A stretch of 20,883 bases of DNA from Thermoplasmatota archaeon (GCA_965234725.1 CBDDUX010000087.1:1-20883), one strand, 5' to 3'; shown: positions 9,605-17,355, counted from the first letter of the stretch. Numbers and translations are program-made. Notes: generated from the sequence alone by a model not told the origin.

Positions 9605-9815
9605 CATGTATTAAAATGAAGACCGACGAACCTTCTTTCCACCCACCGAAAGGGTTTAATCGATAACCTTTCCTTTTTACACTGACCCGGGAGGGGAAAA
9701 GCTGAGAACCATATCACAGATAGGAATGGGAGTCCCAGGTCTCGATATTATTTCAAGAGGTTTATTTATTGCAGACAGGAATACCCCGAAAATAACCCGG
9801 GAGAAGGTGTGAACG
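9605..9815. promoter_or_regulatory. Divergent promoter region between the EamA gene and the ABC operon
   Basis: Minus-strand TTTTAATA (~9609-9616) upstream of EamA; plus-strand GAAAGGG-TTTAAT (9648-9660) and AAGAGG-TTTATTTA (9755-9768); RBS AGGTGTGA before ATG 9817. Confidence 0.5.
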
Positions 9816-9816
9816 A

Positions 9817-10485
9817 ATGAGGTCGTCCTCACTTCGAAAACTATCTGTCAAGACGACAAATAATGAGAGAAAGGTCCGTTTCGGTCCTGTATCTTATGTC
9901 TTCAAGGAGGTTTGGAGGAACAGGTCCAGGACCCTGATGTCCATCTCCTCAATAGCGGCTCTCTCATTCCTATTTGTCCTTTTCATGTCAATGGAAAGCG
10001 GTTTCGAGGATTTTTTTGAAGATGATACAGGAGTACCTTCAGAGGACCAGAAAGACCTTTTCGAGGTCAAGGGAGTGATGGAACAGTGGATCTATCTGAT
10101 AACAGGTCTCTGCATGGTCCTTATGGTCCTTGTGGTCGCAAATACCGGCGTGATTACAGTTATCGAAAGGAAACAGGAACTTGCAAGTTTGAGGGCCATG
10201 GGGATCCCATCACTTAAAGTGGGACTGCTGGTCGGCGGATCTCTGGCTTTGATCCTTTATGGTGGGATTTTCTCCGGGACCATACTTGGCCTTGTTTCGA
10301 TCCCTTTGCTTGATAGGGTCAATATCACACTTGCAGCTGATGGTATAGGGTTTCCATTTGCATTCGAGTGGAGGACCATTTTCTATATTATCACAATAGG
10401 GACCGTGTCAGGTGCAGTAGGTTCCTCAATGCCTCTTTTCCTCATGTTAAGAAGCTCTCCTTTGGAGGTGCTAAGGGATGGTTGA
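9817..10485 (+). CDS. FtsX-like (MacB/LolE-type) ABC permease with very short extracytoplasmic loop
   Basis: N-terminal amphipathic VWRNRSRTLMS, four TM segments, coupling motif VIERKQELASLRAMG, C-terminal SSPLEVLRDG. Confidence 0.85.
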   Translation: MRSSSLRKLSVKTTNNERKVRFGPVSYVFKEVWRNRSRTLMSISSIAALSFLFVLFMSMESGFEDFFEDDTGVPSEDQKDLFEVKGVMEQWIYLITGLCMVLMVLVVANTGVITVIERKQELASLRAMGIPSLKVGLLVGGSLALILYGGIFSGTILGLVSIPLLDRVNITLAADGIGFPFAFEWRTIFYIITIGTVSGAVGSSMPLFLMLRSSPLEVLRDG

Positions 10486-11200
10486 TGGTGAGTTCATCTC
10501 GGTCCGCAATGCTGTCAAGGAATACAGGATGGGAAGTTCCATAGTAAGAGCCCTCGATGGAATGGACCTTGAAATAAATGAAGGTGAGATGGTGGCCATC
10601 ATGGGACCGTCCGGAGCTGGAAAGACCACCCTTCTGAACATCATAGGTGGTCTCGATAGTCCGGACAGCGGAAAGGTCCTCATCAAAAACATGGAGATAT
10701 CATCTCTCGGTGAAGGACAGAGGGCCCATTTCAGGAAGAACAATGTAGGTTTCATTTTTCAGTTCTTCAACCTTATCCCTTCTCTTACAGCTCTGGAGAA
10801 CGTGCTGGTTCCGGTCATGTTCGATCGTGACCCCCCTTACAAAAGGGCGTTATCACTCCTTGAAAGAGTGGGACTCAAGGATAGGATGGACCATGTTCCC
10901 GGGAAGCTTTCAGGTGGAGAGAGGCAGAGAGTTGCGATAGCCAGAGCATTGATAAATGACCCCATATTGATACTTGCTGACGAACCTACTGGAAACATCG
11001 ATTCCGAGACAGCAAGGGAGATAGTTGGACTCTTCAAAGAATTGAACGAGGAAGGTAAGACACTCCTCCTTGCAACTCACGACCGACTTGTGGCTGGAAG
11101 GGCCAGGAGCATGGTCCGTGTCAGGGATGGAAGAATAGTCAAGGGCAAGGCCGACCCCAGGTCAGGTGTTGTACATCTGACAAAAGGAGGAGGCATATAA
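10478..11200 (+). CDS. ABC transporter ATP-binding protein, LolD/MacB-like
   Basis: Walker A GPSGAGKTT, Q-loop GFIFQFFNL, signature LSGGERQRVAIARAL, Walker B ILADEPTGN, H-loop THD; overlaps the upstream stop by 8 nt. Confidence 0.95.
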   Translation: MVDGEFISVRNAVKEYRMGSSIVRALDGMDLEINEGEMVAIMGPSGAGKTTLLNIIGGLDSPDSGKVLIKNMEISSLGEGQRAHFRKNNVGFIFQFFNLIPSLTALENVLVPVMFDRDPPYKRALSLLERVGLKDRMDHVPGKLSGGERQRVAIARALINDPILILADEPTGNIDSETAREIVGLFKELNEEGKTLLLATHDRLVAGRARSMVRVRDGRIVKGKADPRSGVVHLTKGGGI

Positions 11201-11872
11201 TTGGATAGAAATACCTTCAATGCTGCCACTTACTCCATGTCCCATCTTGTGAAGGAGAGGGCCAGATCCCTGACAACGATCGTCACGATATCTCTAACTG
11301 TGGCTTTCCTACTCCTGACATCATCCTTACTGTTCGGTGTGATCTCTGAGATCCAGACAGATGAGAAGGCGGGTATCTTGCAGGGGCGTATCCCGGGATC
11401 ATTGGACATGTTCGAACAATTCCGGATAACCGGGGAGTTGTCAGAGAAGGCCAGGAACTCTTTGGTCAACTATCTCCTTATCACCTCGCTTATCGTGTTC
11501 ATTGTTGCCTTTTTTATAATGTACAATACAATGGCAATATCCGTCAGGGAAAGAAGGAAGGAGATCGGTATCTTGAGAGCGGTGGGATTCTCTACAAGCG
11601 AGGTGCTCAAGCTCTTTTTAGTGGAGGGTGGTATAATTGGTTTGATATCATGGATATCTGCCCTTTTCCTTGGCACGCCCCTCATAGTGAACCTTGCGGC
11701 ATACCTGATCGAGAGAGGTGATAGGGGATTGTTCTTCGTCCAGCCGGTGATCCCCATCCAGCTTGTATTGCTTTCTCTTATTGCGACACTGGCCCTTTCT
11801 GTTGGCTCCACATATATTGCAACGATAGGACCCGTAAGGTCCTCACCTGTGGCAATGATGAGGATCGGTTGA
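11201..11872 (+). CDS. Second FtsX-like (MacB/LolE-type) ABC permease with short extracytoplasmic loop
   Basis: TTG start after AGGAGGAGG; motif SVRERRKEIGILRAVGFS..EV..LFLVEG, four TM segments, C-terminal SSPVAMMR. Confidence 0.88.
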   Translation: MDRNTFNAATYSMSHLVKERARSLTTIVTISLTVAFLLLTSSLLFGVISEIQTDEKAGILQGRIPGSLDMFEQFRITGELSEKARNSLVNYLLITSLIVFIVAFFIMYNTMAISVRERRKEIGILRAVGFSTSEVLKLFLVEGGIIGLISWISALFLGTPLIVNLAAYLIERGDRGLFFVQPVIPIQLVLLSLIATLALSVGSTYIATIGPVRSSPVAMMRIG

Positions 11873-11957
11873 AAGAAGACCATGCAAATGTAGTGTCCTT
11901 CGAAATATAACGCTCCAAAGAGATCTGATGGACAATATTTCCATGATTTTGACCTCC

Positions 11958-11971
11958 CTATAATTATATAG
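11958..11971 (+). promoter_or_regulatory. TATA box, probably for a leaderless transcript of the translin/SepRS-like operon
   Basis: TTATATAG starts at 11964, 28 nt before ATG 11992; no SD-like sequence lies in front of that ATG. Confidence 0.5.
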
Positions 11972-11991
11972 CCGCTCACACTTCCATCGTC

Positions 11992-12582
11992 ATGACATTA
12001 CCAGGGCAGATCAGGTCATATATATCAGAGGACCTGGATCGGGAGGAGGAGGAAAGAGAGCGTGCCTATGGAAGGTCCAGGTCACTTATCAAAGCCTGCA
12101 GGGACATGATCTCGAGGATGGTCCAGGGGGAGATGGGAGATCCACAAGTCCTGCTGGATTCATATGATGATCTATTGACCGATCCTACCAATAGGATGGG
12201 TTTCGTGGAAGATTCTCTGACCGAGCTTTCTGAGGCTATTCTTTTACATAGGTCGATAATAATGGATGGTCTTCCAAAACCCGATGAGATCGGATTGACC
12301 GCCCGGGCCTATGCTTTAGGTGCCTGTGATGCAGTTGGAGAGCTGAGACGGATCGCTCTGAACAGACTAATTAAAGGGGATATAGAGGGTGCTGTCTTCA
12401 TGTATGATCGTATGAAGGACCTGTTCTCATTGGTCGACGGTCTAACATATCCATCTGGTATGATACAACTTAAACGCAAACAGGACTCTGCCCGGTCAGC
12501 CATAGACAGGACGCAGGGAGAACTCACTATCGTCCTTGCAGGAAGAAGGGCGACTGATATCGGAGATGAGAGAGATGGATGA
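11992..12582 (+). CDS. Archaeal translin/TRAX (C3PO) family RNA-binding endonuclease
   Basis: 196 aa, all-helical; EEERERAY..SR, ELSEA, YALGACDAVGELRR and LKRKQD.AR match translin-family motifs; the acidic catalytic set (E-x2-E and D-x3-E) is retained. Confidence 0.88.
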   Translation: MTLPGQIRSYISEDLDREEEERERAYGRSRSLIKACRDMISRMVQGEMGDPQVLLDSYDDLLTDPTNRMGFVEDSLTELSEAILLHRSIIMDGLPKPDEIGLTARAYALGACDAVGELRRIALNRLIKGDIEGAVFMYDRMKDLFSLVDGLTYPSGMIQLKRKQDSARSAIDRTQGELTIVLAGRRATDIGDERDG

Positions 12583-14140
12583 GAAAGAAGATGGTTTGAA
12601 GGGATCTCTGAATGAGAAGAAGGGAGAGGATGTCATAAATTACTTCTCTGGAGTTGGGCACCCTCATCCGATATCGCAGGGTGTCAACGAAATGAGGGGA
12701 CTTCTTCTGGGATCCGGATTTAACGAGATCCAAACTTCATACTTCGTGGAGAGAGGTGAGCTGAAGAACCTTACGGGTAATCTTTACCCGGTATTCCGGG
12801 ACTCGATATATCATCTGGCCTGGATAAGGCCTGAGCCCCTCGCCCCCACAATGGATGTGGAAAGAAAATTGAGGGATAGGTTTCCCAATATTGATATGGC
12901 CAACCTATGGAATATCCTTGATGGTCTGGATGAGGACACAAGTGGGGAGGAGATACTCTTTTCCATCCAGGAAGAACTGGATCTATCCGTCATGGAAACA
13001 GTCGAGCTCATGAACATCGTTCCAGGTCTTTCCAGGGGGGAGCCTAGAACCAGTGATATGACGCTTAGATCCTTCATGCCGACATCCTGGTTGTCCACCC
13101 TTGAAGCCACATATCATGAGGATAAAATGCCTCTCAGGTTATTCACTACGGCCACAGCGTTTCGAAGGGAACCTACGCCCGATTCCACCCATATAGAGAC
13201 CTATAATATCCTTTCACTTGCCATTGCCGATACTGATCTGACCCTTGACAAAGGACTTGCGGTTCTAAGGAGACTCATTGAGCGCCTTGACCTTTCTGAT
13301 ATTACATTCAAGGGTAAAAGTTACAGTTTCCCTTTCTTCGAAAAGGAATCTGAGCTCGAGATATTTGGAGGGGACCTTGAGCTTGGAACGTGTGGCATGG
13401 TAGCAAAGGAGATAAGGGAAAGCAGGGGAGTAAATGTACCTGTTTTCATTGCTGATCTGGGAATCGAGAGACTTCTGATGTTCAGGCATGGATATCCTGA
13501 TATCAGGGAACTTCTCTATCCACAGTTCTATGCAGCCTGGGACCTCACTGATGAGGAGATCGGAGATGCTATAAGATATGTCAGGAGACCTCAGACAGAT
13601 TTCGGTAAAGAGATCGCCCAGGCAATACACTCGATCTACAAGGATTCCCCTGACTGTCAGGACCTGTCAAAGAAGACAGCCTGGAAAGGTATCCTTGTAA
13701 GTTCAGACTATGGCAAATTCCTTGTAAGTACCGAACGGGCAAAGGAATTGAAGATCGAGGGAACTCCGGCCGAGGTGATACTCAAGGAGGCCAGAGAGGG
13801 AATGGGCCTTTGTGGTCCGGGAGCCTTCAATCAAATTCTGGTCCATGAAGGGAATATTCTGGGAGTTCCACCTTCAATGGTTAAATCCATGGAAGAAAAA
13901 GGAGCATTCAATACCAATAAGACATTCGTCAAAGCCTTCTCCAGATTTGCAGCCTGGAAGGTAGAGAGATCGCTGGATCGAGGTCATACTCTGAGAAAGG
14001 TGGATAAGATCAGGGATCTGGAGGGTATAAACCTCAAACTCACTTCCAAGGCCCTCTACTACATGCTCAGCCATAATAAGAAGGTGGATGTCCAGGGGCC
14101 GGTATTCCTGAAGTTCTCATTCAAGGTCAAAGATGAATGA
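12575..14140 (+). CDS. sepS: O-phosphoseryl-tRNA synthetase (SepRS) homologue, strongly diverged at the amino-acid pocket
   Basis: Likely start ATG 12575 after GGAGATGA (track start 12536). SepRS landmarks in order: G.PHP..., TLRS.M...W, P.RLF....FRRE...D..H..TY (motif 2), PV....LGIERL.M...GY.DIR.L.YPQFY (motif 3), LCGP...N.I.V..GNILG.PP, INLK and K.DV.GPVFL. Family call is secure; canonical Sep activity is doubtful (see findings). Confidence 0.85.
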   Translation: MDEKEDGLKGSLNEKKGEDVINYFSGVGHPHPISQGVNEMRGLLLGSGFNEIQTSYFVERGELKNLTGNLYPVFRDSIYHLAWIRPEPLAPTMDVERKLRDRFPNIDMANLWNILDGLDEDTSGEEILFSIQEELDLSVMETVELMNIVPGLSRGEPRTSDMTLRSFMPTSWLSTLEATYHEDKMPLRLFTTATAFRREPTPDSTHIETYNILSLAIADTDLTLDKGLAVLRRLIERLDLSDITFKGKSYSFPFFEKESELEIFGGDLELGTCGMVAKEIRESRGVNVPVFIADLGIERLLMFRHGYPDIRELLYPQFYAAWDLTDEEIGDAIRYVRRPQTDFGKEIAQAIHSIYKDSPDCQDLSKKTAWKGILVSSDYGKFLVSTERAKELKIEGTPAEVILKEAREGMGLCGPGAFNQILVHEGNILGVPPSMVKSMEEKGAFNTNKTFVKAFSRFAAWKVERSLDRGHTLRKVDKIRDLEGINLKLTSKALYYMLSHNKKVDVQGPVFLKFSFKVKDE

Positions 14141-15939
14141 AAGATTTCTTTCACCATTCTCCCCGGCCACTCCTTATATCCAACAGCAGGGAATGGTTCA
14201 ATGTGATGTCTAGAAGATCTCTTTTTGGGGAAAAGGAGTGGAGGTACAGGAAGGAGAACCTCGAGATCGGTGGACGACTTTCGAAGGGGCTTGATTGCGG
14301 TTCACTTACTGGGAGACTGCTTGCAGCAAGGGGTTTCTTAGGTGTTGAAGATGCTTATGCTTTCCTGCATCCTGCATTGAGGGGACTGCATGATCCTTTC
14401 CTGTTGAATGGGATGGAAAGGACCGTTGAACGGATAGGGAGGGCAATAACAGGTAAGGAGAGGGTCCTGGTCCATGGGGATTATGATGCAGATGGGATCA
14501 CATCCACGGCTCTTCTTGTAAAAGCTCTCTCATCTTCTATGGGCAGGGATCGTGTTTCCCACTATCTCCCATCTAGGTATGGTGAGGGTTACGGTGTATC
14601 CATGGAAAGGTTGGATACCGCTCAGAAAGAGGGTATTGATCTGGTCATCACCGTGGACTGCGGAATAAAAGCATTGGAGGCCGCCGACAAGGCCAGAGAT
14701 ATTGGGATCGACCTGATATTGACGGACCATCACGAACCGGGAGAAGAACTTCCCCGGGCCTTTTCGATCATAGATCCCAAGATCAAGGATTCAGGTTATC
14801 CATTCAGAGATCTGGCAGGGGTTGGAGTTTCATTCAAACTGGCACTTGCCCTGCAGCAGAGAGAGCTCCTTCTAATGGATGCAAGAGACCTTTTGGGACT
14901 CGTAGCCTTTGGGACAGTTGCAGATCTGGTACCTTTGCTCGGTGAGAATAGGATACTTGTGAAGCATGGTCTGGATATCCTAAGGGATACCAGAAGTCCA
15001 GGTATGTTATCTTTGATGACGGAATCCGGTATTGATCTTGCAAAGGGTATCAGTGCATCTGATATTGCCTTCAAGCTTGGTCCAAGGGTCAATTCTGCAG
15101 GTAGGATGGGGGATCCTGCCATGGCCCTGGAGTTGCTGCTAACCGATGACAGAGTGGATGCTGACCTTTTCGCCAGGGAGTTGAACAATTTGAACTTCAA
15201 GCGAAAGGCGGTTGGATCGAAACTTGTGCAAGAGATCGGCAGGGCCATGGGGGAGATCGGGACGGATGAGGATCCATTCATTGTTGTTTCTGGAGAGGGC
15301 TGGAATCCTGGCGTCCTTGGTATATCCGCCAACAGGATAATGGATAGTCTGGCCAGACCCGTTGCCGTTCTTTCAATTCAGGAGGGGATAGCAAGAGGTT
15401 CGGTGAGGGCACCTGAAGGTTTCGATCTACTGAAGGCTCTCGATTCTGTTAGGGACCTGTTCATTGAATATGGAGGGCATGAGAGAGCTGCCGGTGTCAC
15501 ATTGTCATCCGAACTCCTGAATGAATTGAGGTCCAGATTGGTCGATCATACCCGAGTTTCATATCCAGATCTCAGTTTCATTCCATCACTGTTGATAGAT
15601 ATGTCGCTTAACATCGATGAAATGGACTTGAACGAGTTGAAGGACCTGGAAAAACTTGAACCATTCGGAACAGGCAATCCGACTCCATTGGTATCCATCA
15701 GAGATATCATGGTCGGAGGAGAGAGAAGGACGGTAGGTGATGGTAAGCATCTGAGAATGACCATTGAGGATGGAAGCAGCAAGGTCCAGTGCATATATTT
15801 TAACGGCGGACAACTTCTTGACCAACTTCACACAGGGATGATCATTTCTGTGGTTGGAGAACCTTCTGTCCATCGGTGGGGGGGAAAGGAATCGGTCCAA
15901 CTGAGACTTGTCGATATCAAGAGCGAAGAACACTGCTGA
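14137..15939 (+). CDS. recJ: Single-stranded-DNA-specific exonuclease RecJ, bacterial type
   Basis: DPFLLNGM, HGDYDADG, EGYG, ITVDCG, TDHH, LAGVGVSFKL, GTVADLVPLLGENR, GPRVNSAGR, RGSVR, GGHERAAG, LEPFGTGNP and a C-terminal OB-fold region (KHLRM...QLRLVDI). ATGA overlap with the upstream gene; alternative start ATG 14206. Confidence 0.95.
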   Translation: MKDFFHHSPRPLLISNSREWFNVMSRRSLFGEKEWRYRKENLEIGGRLSKGLDCGSLTGRLLAARGFLGVEDAYAFLHPALRGLHDPFLLNGMERTVERIGRAITGKERVLVHGDYDADGITSTALLVKALSSSMGRDRVSHYLPSRYGEGYGVSMERLDTAQKEGIDLVITVDCGIKALEAADKARDIGIDLILTDHHEPGEELPRAFSIIDPKIKDSGYPFRDLAGVGVSFKLALALQQRELLLMDARDLLGLVAFGTVADLVPLLGENRILVKHGLDILRDTRSPGMLSLMTESGIDLAKGISASDIAFKLGPRVNSAGRMGDPAMALELLLTDDRVDADLFARELNNLNFKRKAVGSKLVQEIGRAMGEIGTDEDPFIVVSGEGWNPGVLGISANRIMDSLARPVAVLSIQEGIARGSVRAPEGFDLLKALDSVRDLFIEYGGHERAAGVTLSSELLNELRSRLVDHTRVSYPDLSFIPSLLIDMSLNIDEMDLNELKDLEKLEPFGTGNPTPLVSIRDIMVGGERRTVGDGKHLRMTIEDGSSKVQCIYFNGGQLLDQLHTGMIISVVGEPSVHRWGGKESVQLRLVDIKSEEHC

Positions 15940-15999
15940 TGAACATTGTTATATCCCTTCCCACTTATCATGATATGGCAATTTCTGCCGGTGGTTCAA

Positions 16000-16596
16000 A
16001 TGAAGCTCATCAAGGTCCTTGGTTTTGACCTGGACGGAACCCTTGTTAAGATGAAGCTGGATTTCAAGATGATCAGGAAGGACCTCGGGATCCCGGATGG
16101 AGATACGTTGGGATATATCTCCTCACTTCCAGAGCAGGAAGCAAAAAGACTTTTCAACATGTTGAAGGAGAAAGAGATGGAAGCAGCTGACCTTGCCGAA
16201 CCAGCGGAAGGAGCCAGGGAACTTATTGATTACTGCATTGAGAAGAACATCAAAGTTGTTGTGATCACACGCAACTCTGAAGAGGCAACAAAGAAAACAC
16301 TTGAGAACCTCGATCTAAATGTTGATATGGTCATATCCAGGGACCATGCTACCCCGAAGCCATCTCCAGAGGCCATAAACATAGTCCTAAATCAATTCGG
16401 GATCGAACCTAAGGAGATGGCCTACGTTGGAGACTACCTTTATGATATCCAGGCCGGAAATGCAGCCGGTGTCAAGACGATCCTTCTCTCCGGCCAGGAA
16501 AGGGCCGGTGAGTGGGCATCATATGCAAATTACGTTGCTGAGGACCTTTATGAGGTCCTTGATATATTGAGAGAAGGGAAGACCATCGGGGGTTGA
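16000..16596 (+). CDS. HAD-superfamily hydrolase (phosphoglycolate-phosphatase-like, subfamily IA)
   Basis: Likely start ATG 16000 after GGTGG (track start 15946). Motif I FDLDGTL, II ITRN, III KPSP, IV VGDYLYDIQAG. Confidence 0.9.
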   Translation: MKLIKVLGFDLDGTLVKMKLDFKMIRKDLGIPDGDTLGYISSLPEQEAKRLFNMLKEKEMEAADLAEPAEGARELIDYCIEKNIKVVVITRNSEEATKKTLENLDLNVDMVISRDHATPKPSPEAINIVLNQFGIEPKEMAYVGDYLYDIQAGNAAGVKTILLSGQERAGEWASYANYVAEDLYEVLDILREGKTIGG

Positions 16597-16599
16597 CCT

Positions 16600-17355
16600 T
16601 TGGAAGAGTTGGAGGTAGGGAAGGCAGGGGTTTTGAGCCTTGTACTTGTGGATGCCGAAATTGAGCTCGTACCCCCTGAGTTCTGGTCCCATCCCGCAGT
16701 TGTGGAAAATGCCAAGAAAAGGAAGAAGAAGCCCTCCTTGGTGCTACTGGATACAAACCTGCATCACTCGCTTTTTAGGGACCATGTTGAAAGGAACAGG
16801 AGGGGAAGACCGGATATAGTCCATCAGTTCCTTCTGATAGGGTTGGAATCGATCCTCAACATCGAAGGTGGACTCAAGTTATACATTCACACCAGGAACG
16901 ATGAACTGATAACCATCTCTCCCAAAACAAGACTTCCCAAGAACTACAATCGATATTACGGCCTCTTCGAGGAGCTCTTCAGATCAGGTTCTGTTCCACC
17001 TGGAAATGATCCATTGATAACCATGAAGCCTGGAATGGACCTTAAAGAAGTTCTGGAAGAGGTCTTCAGGTCGGGTCCCCAGGGAATGAAAAGGACTGTC
17101 GTTACACTTGATTCCGGAGGAACAAGATCGAATGCTTACGACAAGATAGGATCATTGGGAGAAGGACCATTCCATCTGATCTGCCTGATAGGTGGATTTC
17201 CATCCGGTGGTTTCAAGTCTAAACCTCATAAGTATTCCGATGTCACCCTCTCCCTTCATAGTAATGAACTGAAGGCCTGGGCAGTTGAGATGGAATTGAT
17301 ATCCGCCTTCTACAACGTCAAGTTCAGAGGAATCCGTACTTCTGAAGAAGCATGA
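16600..17355 (+). CDS. nep1: Nep1/EMG1 16S rRNA pseudouridine N1-methyltransferase (SPOUT fold)
   Basis: AEIELVP, LLDTNLHH, RGRPDIVH..LL..LESILN..G.L..YIHT, RLPKNYNRYYGLFEELF, IGGFPSGGF. Start could instead be TTG 16633. Confidence 0.93.
   Translation: MEELEVGKAGVLSLVLVDAEIELVPPEFWSHPAVVENAKKRKKKPSLVLLDTNLHHSLFRDHVERNRRGRPDIVHQFLLIGLESILNIEGGLKLYIHTRNDELITISPKTRLPKNYNRYYGLFEELFRSGSVPPGNDPLITMKPGMDLKEVLEEVFRSGPQGMKRTVVTLDSGGTRSNAYDKIGSLGEGPFHLICLIGGFPSGGFKSKPHKYSDVTLSLHSNELKAWAVEMELISAFYNVKFRGIRTSEEA

Noticed and set aside
9692..9740. TPP riboswitch, suggested by GGGG...GCTGAGA
   Set aside because: The downstream ACCTGA and TAA...GCG-AGG core elements are missing and adjacent genes are not clearly thiamine-related.
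11185..11210. Split MacB-type ATPase-permease fusion (in-frame TAA then TTG)
   Set aside because: A strong RBS (AGGAGGAGG) precedes the TTG and a separate permease lies upstream, consistent with three independent genes.
15079..15108. AGG codon reassignment, suggested by the odd tRNA(CCT) and the divergent synthetase
   Set aside because: AGG encodes invariant arginines (RecJ GPRVNSAGR, SepRS-like FRRE, Nep1 RGRP), so it reads as Arg.
15930..16610. Sec/Pyl-type readthrough joining recJ, HAD and nep1 (all in one frame, TGA stops)
   Set aside because: Each protein is complete by itself, recJ ends in two consecutive TGA codons, and no conserved Cys-equivalent position or SECIS-like element is evident.
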